IMG/VR virus record: IMGVR_UViG_3300025196_000011
Span: 1 to 64,000 of that record
Source: a virus
Taxonomy: Duplodnaviria > Caudoviricetes
Length of the DNA: 64,000 nt
Strand: one strand, 5' to 3'
The notes beneath the pieces are model-generated. The model made no database searches, had not been told where the DNA came from, and saw nothing but the letters and a program-made list of their open reading frames with translations. Shown one piece after another: positions 28,837 to 37,583 of the stretch (position 1 is the first letter of the stretch; each line of letters opens with the position of its first letter). Made by a program: the position numbers and the translations under genes.

Positions 28837-29739
28837 TTAGATACCAAGTGATTTTGAATGACGTTTTAAAGCAGCGGCTTGCAAGCCTTTGGTATTGCCT
28901 TTGTAGATATTGGCACGAATACCTTTACCTAATGAGCGCATTTGTTTGCGAATGGCTGTACCGGTCGAGGCTTTACGGCGGGCTTTTTTAAGCGCCGCTT
29001 TTTGGCCAGCTTTCAAAAACGGCTTGCCGCTGATACGCTTATTAATCACGACGCGCTTGCCGTTACGAATCGCTTTAACGGCTTTATAAACCAAGGTTTT
29101 GCCGTTTACTTTTTTAACGGTTTTCTTACCAACGCGGCGCTTGGCGGCGGCATCAAACATATATTCTGTGTCATTATTCATGCTGTCGAATACTTCGCCC
29201 TCGCCCTCGTTGTCATCTTCATCACCGTAAGCAAAAGCGGCGGCGAACTCTTCAAGGTCATCGCCATCATCAGGCATGTTTTCAAGCACGGTTTCAGCGG
29301 CCAAGGTCACGGCGGCGTCTGCGACTTCGACGTCGCTATCGAATAAATCTTCAATCACGGCATCTTCAACGCCAAGGGTAGACAAGGCATCAGCAACATG
29401 CGCCGAAAAAACAGTTTTTACCTTATCATCAACGTCGCCGCCGTCGTACTCTTCGTCGTCGTCATCAGCAAACGCTTCAAGCATCAGCGAATCTAGCAAT
29501 TCACTCGGTAGCAGCGCGTCGCTGTCGTATTCCGTATCATTCAGCATAGCGGCAAGTGAAAAGGCCACCGATAGCGCTTGAATACGCATTTGGCTGGTCG
29601 CCACCAAGGCCATACGCTCGCTAATCGGGTCGGCGTTTAGCTTATCGACGGCTTCTTGTGGGCTTAGGGCGTCAAACTGGTTTTGCGTGCGCTCAAAATT
29701 GCGGTCATGGCGGCGTTGCATGGTTTTAGGGCTTAACAT
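28837..29739 (-). CDS. prohead core/scaffold-like protein
   Basis: Acidic body and Lys/Arg-rich C-terminus (AGQKAALKKARRKA) as in prohead core proteins; four FD[S/A] motifs. Confidence 0.5.
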   Translation of the reverse strand: MLSPKTMQRRHDRNFERTQNQFDALSPQEAVDKLNADPISERMALVATSQMRIQALSVAFSLAAMLNDTEYDSDALLPSELLDSLMLEAFADDDDEEYDGGDVDDKVKTVFSAHVADALSTLGVEDAVIEDLFDSDVEVADAAVTLAAETVLENMPDDGDDLEEFAAAFAYGDEDDNEGEGEVFDSMNNDTEYMFDAAAKRRVGKKTVKKVNGKTLVYKAVKAIRNGKRVVINKRISGKPFLKAGQKAALKKARRKASTGTAIRKQMRSLGKGIRANIYKGNTKGLQAAALKRHSKSLGI

Positions 29740-29810
29740 ATCTCAATCCTTTTTAGGTTTGTAAAAAACGGTTGGGGCTTGGCGTTATTGGCTTAATAAC
29801 GCCTTACCGG

Positions 29811-31187
29811 TTATTTGGTAACGGTGCTTTCAAAGTACACTTGGCGCGCGCAACCTTGCGGGCGGCGGCTCAATTTAACATCGGCTTTGGTGAACGGGTT
29901 ATCGGCGCGCGGCGTGATTTGTAGCGCGTAATAACGGCCGGCAAGCTCTGTTGACTGCGTAAGCAAGCCCGCGTCTGCGCAAGCGTCTAAGAACTTGGTA
30001 CAATCATCGGTTGCATCAGTGATAAAGCTACTCATGCCTTTCAATAAATGCTTTTTGACGATGGACACAACGACGTTTGCCGTGTAGGTTTCAATCTCTG
30101 ACGAATTGATAAGCTGTAGCGCGCTGGTGGTGCTGTCATATTGGGTTAAGACGTCGCCATAAATCCAGCGGTCGCCGCCCTCAAAGCGTTCGTTAATAAC
30201 GACGTTCACGCCGGCCTTGGCAAGTGCGTTTTGCGCCTCTTCATCAAGGGTTAGGCCGCCAAACTTTTCGGTATCACGAAACGATAACGGAAAGTCGTAG
30301 CCAGCAATCGGACGGTGAATAGGCGGGATACCGGACGCGGTTGTTAAGGCGTTACGCAACAACAATTGCGCCAAGTAGTCACCAACGCACGGCCGCCATT
30401 TTTTACGGGCAAGCACGGTCGTTGCATTGCTTGGACGTGACTTGTTTGGATTCCAAAATACCCATAAGCGGTGGTCGTCGATATTAATGGATTCAGTGAT
30501 AGCAACGGCCGCTTCCCAATTGTCGATATTGCCAATATCTAGCAGTACGTGACAATTGAGCTTGCCCATCGTTTCGGCCAAGGCTTCAACATGCGGCAAG
30601 CTGCCAATCTCACACGTTGCGATATAACGTGGACGGTCGCGCATATCGAGCAAGGCGTTTTTCATTTCAATCGGGGTTAAGTCGGTTACGCTGCTGGCTG
30701 GCACGTCGATAACGGCTTCTTGAATACGATAAGCGCCAAGGGCATTTAATGCGCCGGCCGTTTCAATGGCCGTCTTAATTGCCTGAGCGTCACTGGTTTT
30801 ATAACTTGTGACCACGCTTTCAAAAAAGTCATATTGGCTATCAAGCGCACCGTAAAAATCCAGCTTACTTGTCATATAACCAAAATTGTCGGCGTGGGCT
30901 TCTTCCAGTGCTTCAACGCCGCCGCCAGTGTATAAACGGCCTTTTAATTCCGTTACTTTACTGCCGTCGATTTTGTCTGCAAAAGTCACTTTAAAGACTA
31001 AGCTATTGAGCGGGTCACTTGCCGGCGCAACGGTTTTTTCATCAACCACCATCACGCGAGCGACGACGTTTGAATCAAAAGCGTAATGCGTGACAAGCTC
31101 AATGCTTGCCAGCGCGGCGGGGTTAGGCTCTGCGCTTAGCGTCATAGATGACGCAAGGATACTGAGGTATAACGTCTGTGGGGTCAT
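29811..31187 (-). CDS. tail sheath, large subunit lacking the N-terminal domain (~458 aa)
   Basis: Sheath C-terminus (DVKLSRRPQGCARQVYFESTV, IAGYDFP, GDVLTQ); start re-assigned to MTPQ at 31187 by the shared 5' cassette. Confidence 0.85.
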   Translation of the reverse strand: MTPQTLYLSILASSMTLSAEPNPAALASIELVTHYAFDSNVVARVMVVDEKTVAPASDPLNSLVFKVTFADKIDGSKVTELKGRLYTGGGVEALEEAHADNFGYMTSKLDFYGALDSQYDFFESVVTSYKTSDAQAIKTAIETAGALNALGAYRIQEAVIDVPASSVTDLTPIEMKNALLDMRDRPRYIATCEIGSLPHVEALAETMGKLNCHVLLDIGNIDNWEAAVAITESINIDDHRLWVFWNPNKSRPSNATTVLARKKWRPCVGDYLAQLLLRNALTTASGIPPIHRPIAGYDFPLSFRDTEKFGGLTLDEEAQNALAKAGVNVVINERFEGGDRWIYGDVLTQYDSTTSALQLINSSEIETYTANVVVSIVKKHLLKGMSSFITDATDDCTKFLDACADAGLLTQSTELAGRYYALQITPRADNPFTKADVKLSRRPQGCARQVYFESTVTK

Positions 31188-31194
31188 AATAAAA

Positions 31195-31260
31195 TGCCTA
31201 TACTGTGTTGGTATCAACTCAGTATAGGCAAGGTTTGCTTTAGGCCTTTAGGGGTGTTCC
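31195..31260 (-). promoter_or_regulatory. late promoter with overlapping 16-bp inverted repeat (sheath gene)
   Basis: GGAACAC-N27-TATACT; IR 31195-31210/31215-31230 with one mismatch. Confidence 0.75.
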
Positions 31261-31283
31261 ATCAAAGCGGGCGGCGTTAAAGC

Positions 31284-31991
31284 CTATGCCGGTGCTGGGG
31301 TTACTGTCATAGTAAAGTCTGTTTTAAAGATGATGGTATCGGTCGCTTTATCATAAACCGCTTGCGATAAGCCGTTTTCATCAAGCGTTGGCCACTTACC
31401 GACTAGCATTTCTTTGACCGCATCAAAAACATCGACGTGCAAGTCATGGTCGCCTCTAAATAAATCCTCTATTTCTCGCGCCGTGCATCGGTGTAGCGTT
31501 AGGGTTGCCGGTTGATAATTAATGCGCAAATTTGCATAATCAAAGTTTGCGTCATTAAATCCGGCATTGTCATCAATCAGCGCTTGCAACTCATTGACCG
31601 GCGTTGCGTCTACCAATTCCCGCCAGTTATACGGCAAGTCGCCGTTTGAGCCAAAAGACTTTAAAAACTCTTTTAACGTGTACTCATTAAAAGCGGCCAT
31701 TGCCATTGTTGTCGGCGTAGTAATTAAGCCTCCCCCATTGTGTGGCGGGTAAATATTTGTACCGATAATGGTGTACGGGTCACTACTTGATAAAAAGCTC
31801 TTAGAGTACCAATTCCAATTGCCGGAATCACCGTTGCTGTACCCCATAAAATACGGGAATAACAAAGAGAATACCGCTATTTGCTCATACTGAATTTCTG
31901 ACGAATCATCATTATCCACATCGATATAACTTTGAATAACGGGTAAGTCATCGTTAATTTGAACCTTTAAACATGCTGCTGCGCCTCTCAT
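31284..31991 (-). CDS. hypothetical protein coupled to sheath-N paralog A
   Basis: 235 aa; ATGA overlap and own GGAG/AGGT RBS. Confidence 0.7.
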   Translation of the reverse strand: MRGAAACLKVQINDDLPVIQSYIDVDNDDSSEIQYEQIAVFSLLFPYFMGYSNGDSGNWNWYSKSFLSSSDPYTIIGTNIYPPHNGGGLITTPTTMAMAAFNEYTLKEFLKSFGSNGDLPYNWRELVDATPVNELQALIDDNAGFNDANFDYANLRINYQPATLTLHRCTAREIEDLFRGDHDLHVDVFDAVKEMLVGKWPTLDENGLSQAVYDKATDTIIFKTDFTMTVTPAPA

Positions 31992-32350
31992 ACACCTATC
32001 TCCGTTCGTCTAAAAATAATCTCGGTTACTGGCGTCACTTTTAGATAGCTGACGACGCCTTTCTTAGCGGGCGCGCTACCTGTGCTGCCCGTTCGCAAAA
32101 TAGACAGCTCATTCACGCCATTTTTAAAGGCGTCCTCTACCGCAAGGTAGCTTGGGTTTGATGGGTCATGGCCTAGCAGCGCTTTGTAATTGCTGGCGGT
32201 CACTTTAAACGGTTTGTCTAAGCGGCCGCGCTTAAAACGGCCAGTGATAACGCCATTGGCCAATGACGGTAGCGGGGTCGTTTCTGACTTATCGATGACG
32301 TCTTGCCGCTGAACGCCTACCGCCTCGCCTAATATCTTAGTTTCAATCAT
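31988..32350 (-). CDS. sheath N-terminal-domain protein A (120 aa, minimal)
   Basis: LGEAVG...GRFKRG...VTASNYKALLG...YLAVEDAFKNG...LR is the sheath N-domain motif. Confidence 0.8.
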   Translation of the reverse strand: MIETKILGEAVGVQRQDVIDKSETTPLPSLANGVITGRFKRGRLDKPFKVTASNYKALLGHDPSNPSYLAVEDAFKNGVNELSILRTGSTGSAPAKKGVVSYLKVTPVTEIIFRRTEIGV

Positions 32351-32357
32351 AATAAAA

Positions 32358-32421
32358 GCCTATATTGAGTTTGGTTTACTCAGTATAGGCTTGGTCTTGC
32401 TTATAGGTTAGCGGGTGTTCC
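32358..32421 (-). promoter_or_regulatory. late promoter with 13-bp inverted repeat
   Basis: GGAACAC-N27-TATACT; IR 32358-32370/32378-32390. Confidence 0.75.
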
Positions 32422-32422
32422 T

Positions 32423-33670
32423 TTACGAATCAAAGTCTCCATACTCAAAAATTATGCCGTAATTACCAAACTCATTAATAGCTCTTCCTATTAGCATTTG
32501 TGTATTAGTAACACCAGCCATATTTATCGCAAAGTTAGGGCTTTTGCTAGTAGTGTGACTGATACTTAAATAACCGCCTGAGTTGGCGTGATTGATTTCA
32601 TCAAAATCAATCGGGTTTGACCAATCTGACCAGCCATTTTCATTTATCCGTATAGTCGCGCCTTTCACTTGGCTGTCATAAGCGCTGTCTGCAAAAAAAT
32701 TGCCAAAATTGAGGTTATTTTCTCCGCCATTGCCAATGTTTTCGGGGTTATATTCATAAAGCACGTCTGCGCGTGAGGTTTCCGCGTCTCTTGTTCTAAT
32801 CCTACGGCCATAAGTTGGCGTAATATCGTCTTGCGGCGGCGTCACCTCTTTAGCTAGCACCGCCCTTGCGCAACTCTTAAAAAGAACGGGGTCGCCATTA
32901 TCATTAGCTCCATCAACGCCGTAATACATATCTTCATTACGGGGCACTCCCTCAGTTGGGTAAACCGCAAGTGTGGTTTGTACGGGCGTTATTTTTTCTA
33001 CGCCTAAAAGGACGGGCGGGCTGTCAAAATCTACCGCTCCTAAGTCCATTAACATTAAGTCTCTAAGGTCATAAGGTGTGTTGTCAAAAACAACCTTGCC
33101 ATCTGACGCAATGCCGGAAAATGCCATAAAAGGCTGATTATTTTCATCATCAAACGACGGCGAGCCATCACCCATAGAAGAAAAATTTTGACATATAAAG
33201 CCCATTGAGCCAGCGTTGTAGTCCGTGCCTAGCAATACAAGGTCTAGCAAAAACTGCATAGGGTTCTCTTGATATTTCGGGTCTAAAGTCGTTAAGGTTT
33301 TACGCTGTCCGCCATTCAATGAGGTAGTAATATGGAAGTTTGGACTTTCAGCTAAACGGACTTTTACCTCGTTCGGCATACAGTTGCCGCCCGCGCTGCC
33401 CGTTTGGCCAACGCGCAAAACAAAAAGCTCGCTCACGCCGTTTTTAAAGGCGTCCTCAACGGCTAAATAACTGGGGTTAGATGGGTCATGGCCTAAAAGA
33501 CTGCGGTAATTAGCACTTGTCACGGTAAACGGCTTATCCATGCGCCCGCGTTTAAAGTGACCAGCGATAACGCCGTTATTGAGCGAGGGTAAAACCGTCG
33601 TTTCTGATTTATCAATCACGTCTTGGCGTTGTATGCCTACCGCATCGCCTAATATCTTAGTTTCAATCAT
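32423..33670 (-). CDS. sheath N-terminal-domain protein B with cargo (415 aa)
   Basis: Same 88-aa N-domain, a ~170-aa C...SCA domain, then a distinct AT-rich C-terminal domain. Confidence 0.8.
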   Translation of the reverse strand: MIETKILGDAVGIQRQDVIDKSETTVLPSLNNGVIAGHFKRGRMDKPFTVTSANYRSLLGHDPSNPSYLAVEDAFKNGVSELFVLRVGQTGSAGGNCMPNEVKVRLAESPNFHITTSLNGGQRKTLTTLDPKYQENPMQFLLDLVLLGTDYNAGSMGFICQNFSSMGDGSPSFDDENNQPFMAFSGIASDGKVVFDNTPYDLRDLMLMDLGAVDFDSPPVLLGVEKITPVQTTLAVYPTEGVPRNEDMYYGVDGANDNGDPVLFKSCARAVLAKEVTPPQDDITPTYGRRIRTRDAETSRADVLYEYNPENIGNGGENNLNFGNFFADSAYDSQVKGATIRINENGWSDWSNPIDFDEINHANSGGYLSISHTTSKSPNFAINMAGVTNTQMLIGRAINEFGNYGIIFEYGDFDS

Positions 33671-33679
33671 AATAAAAAA

Positions 33680-33743
33680 CCTATACTGAGTGGATTATCA
33701 CTCAGTATAGGCTTAGCTTGGCTTGTGATTTTAGCGGTGTTCC
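33680..33743 (-). promoter_or_regulatory. late promoter with perfect 13-bp inverted repeat
   Basis: GGAACAC-N27-TATACT; cctatactgagtg-gattat-cactcagtatagg. Confidence 0.78.
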
Positions 33744-33744
33744 A

Positions 33745-36210
33745 TTATTCCACGTTTGGCGGTTCTACTGGTTCTACTGGTTCTACTGGCTCTACTGGTT
33801 CGACTGGTGGTTCGACTGGTTCGCCGGCCGCGCTAATCACGTTCTCTTCAAAGCCGTCATTATCAATAAAAGTGACACGAACGCTTATAACCTTGCCGGT
33901 ATCGGCCTCGGTCAATAGATAACTGTCTGCCGTGCCAGCTTCAAGGTCATCAGCCAGCCATTGATAAGTAATATCGGTCGGTATGCCGTTGTCATCGGTA
34001 ATGGTGGCGGTTAGCGTTTCACCTACTACCATAAGGCCATTGATGACAACGCTTGCCGGCTTGTTGCTTGGTTGTACCGGCGCGGTCTGCTCACTGGTCA
34101 CAGCTTCTTCAAAGCCATCATTATCGATAAAGGCTGCATATACTGACACGACGCCGGCTTCGTCGGCCTCGGTTAGCGTATAGCTGTCTTGCGTGCTCAC
34201 CTCAATGTTATTAACCATCCATTTGTAAGTCGCTTCCATGGGTACGCCGTTGGCATCAGTGATAATAGCGGTTAAGGTTTCACCAACTCTTACAATACCG
34301 TCGATGGCCACGCTGGCGGGATAGTTTAACGGGCTTACCGGTGCGGTTTGCGCACTGGTCACGCTCTCATTAAAACCCTCGCCATCGACAAACATAACGC
34401 GCAATGATACCCGCCCGCCCTTGTCGCGCTCAGTTAGCGTATAACTGGCGGACATGCCAACATAAGATTTATTGACTAGCCATTGATGGCTAACGCTGCT
34501 AGATACGCCGTTGGCATCACTAATGGTTGCTGTCAATGTTTCGCCTACCTTGACCACGCCATTGATAGTGACGCTTGCCGGCTTGTTGAGCGCTTGAATG
34601 GGTGCGGTCGGTTCGCTGGTCACGTTCTCTTCAAAGCCGTCATTATCAATAAAAATAACCTGCAAATTAACGGTTTTACCCTTGTCGGCTTCGGTTAGCG
34701 TATAGCGGTCTTGCGTGCCAATTTCAACGCCGTTTGCCCGCCATTGATAGCTAATATCGCTCGATATGCCGTTGGCGTCAGTGACTACGGGTATCAAGGT
34801 TTCGCCTACTCGCGTGATACCAACAATAGCCACGCTGGCGACTTTATTTAAGGCTTTGACCGGTGCGGTCGGTTCGCTGGTCACGTTCTCTTCAAAGCCG
34901 TCATTATCGGTAAATATCACGCGCAACGTAACGGCCTTGCCTTTATCGGCCTCGGCCAATCTGTAGCGGCTGGCGGTAGCAACCAACGTGCCATCTACCA
35001 TCCAGCGATAAATAATATTGCTCGACACGCCATTATCATCGGTAATGGTTGCGGTCAAGGTTTCGCCTACTTTGGCTATTCCATTGATGACCACGCTTGC
35101 CGGCTTATTGAGCGCTTTTACAGGTTCGGTTGTGCTTAAGACGTCCTCGGTAAAGCCATCGTTATCGGTGAAGCTAACTTGCACCGATAGGCGCTTGCCC
35201 TTGTCTGTCTCGGTTGGCGTATAACTGCTTGTATTACCTACCTCAGTACCATCAGCGAGCCATTGATAAGTAACATCGCTTGGCACGCCGTTAGCATCGG
35301 CAATCACAGCGGTTAAACGCTCACCTACTCGAACGTCGCCATAAATGGCCACGCTGGCGGGATTATTGAGGGCGGTTACTGGCGTGCTGGTCGTGGCCGT
35401 TGCGCTCTCTTCAAAGCCGTCATTATCAATAAAGGTCACTTGCAATGAAATACGCTTGCCTTTGTCGCTATCGGTTAGTTTATACGTGCTCGCCGTGCCA
35501 ACTTCGACGCCATCGGCCAGCCATTGATAGCGGATATTACTTGGCACGCCGTTGGTATCGGTAATAGCATTGATTAAGGTTTGCCCTACTCTGAGCGTGC
35601 CTTTGATGACAACGCTTGCCGGCTTGTTGAGCGCTGCTACTGGCTCAGTAACATCACTTGCCGCCGATTCAATAAAGCCTTTTTTGTCAGTAAAGACAAC
35701 TTGCACCAATAGGCGCTTGCCCTTATCGGCCTCGGTTACTCTATACGTGCGAGCCGTGCCAACTTCGACGCCGTTTGCTATCCACTTATAGGCTATGTCT
35801 TTGGGTAGGCCGTCGCTATCACTGACCACAGCGGTTAATAGCTCGCCCACCGTGGCTATGCCGGTAATTAAAACGGCGGCCGGATTGTTAGGGTCGTTTG
35901 GTTCTACTGGTACTTCTATTGAGGGCTTGCCGGCCAATGATGGGTTGCCTATGCGCATCACCATGACTTCACTTGCACCGGCAATAAAAGCGTCATCAAC
36001 GACGGTGTAACTTGGATTAAATGGGTCGTCGCCTAGCAAGGCTTGATAGTTATTGGCGGTCACTTTAAACGGTTTGTCCATGCGGCCGCGCTTAAAACGG
36101 CCGACAATGACCGATTTAGCCCATGCTGGTATAACCCTATCGGCTGACCGGTCGATGACGTCTTGGCGCTGAATACCGGCCGCGTCGCCTAGTGTTTTGG
36201 TGTCAATCAT
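33745..36210 (-). CDS. sheath N-terminal-domain protein C with 8 Ig-like repeats (821 aa)
   Basis: Start re-assigned to MIDTKTLG (36210); N-domain, then eight ~87-aa VGETLTA...YQW...YTLTEAD.G...F.D..GF.E repeats. Confidence 0.85.
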   Translation of the reverse strand: MIDTKTLGDAAGIQRQDVIDRSADRVIPAWAKSVIVGRFKRGRMDKPFKVTANNYQALLGDDPFNPSYTVVDDAFIAGASEVMVMRIGNPSLAGKPSIEVPVEPNDPNNPAAVLITGIATVGELLTAVVSDSDGLPKDIAYKWIANGVEVGTARTYRVTEADKGKRLLVQVVFTDKKGFIESAASDVTEPVAALNKPASVVIKGTLRVGQTLINAITDTNGVPSNIRYQWLADGVEVGTASTYKLTDSDKGKRISLQVTFIDNDGFEESATATTSTPVTALNNPASVAIYGDVRVGERLTAVIADANGVPSDVTYQWLADGTEVGNTSSYTPTETDKGKRLSVQVSFTDNDGFTEDVLSTTEPVKALNKPASVVINGIAKVGETLTATITDDNGVSSNIIYRWMVDGTLVATASRYRLAEADKGKAVTLRVIFTDNDGFEENVTSEPTAPVKALNKVASVAIVGITRVGETLIPVVTDANGISSDISYQWRANGVEIGTQDRYTLTEADKGKTVNLQVIFIDNDGFEENVTSEPTAPIQALNKPASVTINGVVKVGETLTATISDANGVSSSVSHQWLVNKSYVGMSASYTLTERDKGGRVSLRVMFVDGEGFNESVTSAQTAPVSPLNYPASVAIDGIVRVGETLTAIITDANGVPMEATYKWMVNNIEVSTQDSYTLTEADEAGVVSVYAAFIDNDGFEEAVTSEQTAPVQPSNKPASVVINGLMVVGETLTATITDDNGIPTDITYQWLADDLEAGTADSYLLTEADTGKVISVRVTFIDNDGFEENVISAAGEPVEPPVEPVEPVEPVEPVEPPNVE
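33761..33823 (-). repeat. 9-bp coding tandem repeat (PVE)n
   Basis: ggttctact/ggttcgact units encoding PVEPPVEPVEPVEPVEPVEPP. Confidence 0.9.
33820..35890 (-). repeat. eight tandem ~87-codon Ig-like domain repeats
   Basis: Read directly from the translation; diverged DNA units of ~260 bp; boundaries approximate. Confidence 0.9.
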
Positions 36211-36219
36211 AATAAAAAA

Positions 36220-36283
36220 GCCCATACTGAGTAGTGATAGCTCAGTATAGGCCTGATTGGCTTGATTTCTTTGCTGGTGTTCC
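36220..36283 (-). promoter_or_regulatory. late promoter with 12-bp inverted repeat
   Basis: GGAACAC-N27-TATACT; IR 36220-36231/36241-36252. Confidence 0.75.
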
Positions 36284-36290
36284 GGCGCGA

Positions 36291-37517
36291 TTAAACGCCG
36301 TACCACTGCCCTATAGCGCACGAACTCACGCTCATGTTACCGCCAAACAGTAATTGCACAAGGTCGTTTGTACCGCCGTCGGTTAGCTCAAAATCAACGG
36401 TTGTACGCTTAATACCTAAAACGCCATCTTGGCCATCTGCATACGGCTGTTGGTCGGACGCGCCGTTGAGATACCCGCCACGGTTATTTACTTTAAACTG
36501 AAAAGGACTAGCCCCGCCGCCGCCTTGGCTTTGCATAACGCCAGTATGGCGCAAAAATTCATCAGCAAGGTAGTAGCTTGCCGGCGCGGTATAATTTACC
36601 CATTCGCCGCCATCAACGCGGTAACGGCCGTAAACATCGCCCGTCGGCTCGTTATATCCCTCTTGATATAAAATCGCTGCGCCGGTAGGTATACAGACAT
36701 TAGGGTCGATATATTTTTCTACCACCGCGCAACTATGCACTTCAATCGTATCGCCGCTTGCGCCCATTTTATAGAATAAATCAAAATCGGGGTCAACGTC
36801 CGGCGTTGGCTTAAAGACTAGCCAATTGTGTTCGGCGCGTGTGATATTTTTATTAGAGGTAACTGGCATCCCTAACCCCTCGTTACTAATTGGCGGGTAA
36901 TAAATGCGTGTAGATTTTAGGTCGTAATTACCGGTTGGTGTGTTCAACATACCATTGCTAGCAATACCGCAAAACGTATAATAATAAAGCGATTCTCGTT
37001 CATAACGCCCATCAATCATCTGACCGCCGCCAATCACTTCGGCGTCGATTTCATACTCATAATCAAGGAACGCTAACGATTTGCCATCTTGACCTAAATA
37101 AGCGCTGCGAGCAAAAGAAGCGTAATCATTGTCGTTTAAATCAAAGCTCTTAAACTCACCGCCGTTACGGCTAACGGTTATCCATTTGCTAAACTCACTA
37201 TCTGGACTTTCGCTGATTAAAGCATAGCTTGCAATACAAGCCACTCCCGTACCACCAACGCGCAAAATAGACAGCTCGTTTACGCCGTTTTTAAAGGCGT
37301 CCTCTACCGCAAGGTAGCTTGGGTTTGATGGGTCATAGCCTAGCAGCGCTTTATAGTTGCTAGCGGTCACTTTAAACGGCTTATCCATACGGCCGCGTTT
37401 AAAATGGCCGGTTATCACACCATTGGCCAATGACGGCAAAACGGTCGTTTCTGACTTATCGATGACGTCTTGCCGCTGGATACCTACGGCGGCGTCTAAT
37501 ATCTTGGTTTCAATCAT
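36291..37517 (-). CDS. sheath N-terminal-domain protein D with two C...SCA cargo domains (408 aa)
   Basis: N-domain nearly identical to paralog A; cargo partly homologous to that of paralog B. Confidence 0.8.
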   Translation of the reverse strand: MIETKILDAAVGIQRQDVIDKSETTVLPSLANGVITGHFKRGRMDKPFKVTASNYKALLGYDPSNPSYLAVEDAFKNGVNELSILRVGGTGVACIASYALISESPDSEFSKWITVSRNGGEFKSFDLNDNDYASFARSAYLGQDGKSLAFLDYEYEIDAEVIGGGQMIDGRYERESLYYYTFCGIASNGMLNTPTGNYDLKSTRIYYPPISNEGLGMPVTSNKNITRAEHNWLVFKPTPDVDPDFDLFYKMGASGDTIEVHSCAVVEKYIDPNVCIPTGAAILYQEGYNEPTGDVYGRYRVDGGEWVNYTAPASYYLADEFLRHTGVMQSQGGGGASPFQFKVNNRGGYLNGASDQQPYADGQDGVLGIKRTTVDFELTDGGTNDLVQLLFGGNMSVSSCAIGQWYGV

Positions 37518-37583
37518 AATTTATACCTATGAGATAAGGCCAACGGCAAGCGGCCGCAATCACTTGCGGCCGCCAGTCATGGA

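Noticed and set aside
31988-32030. Programmed frameshift fusing paralog A to the 235-aa ORF
   Set aside because: A TAG in the downstream frame lies seven codons before its ATG, there is no slippery site after it, and the downstream ORF has its own RBS
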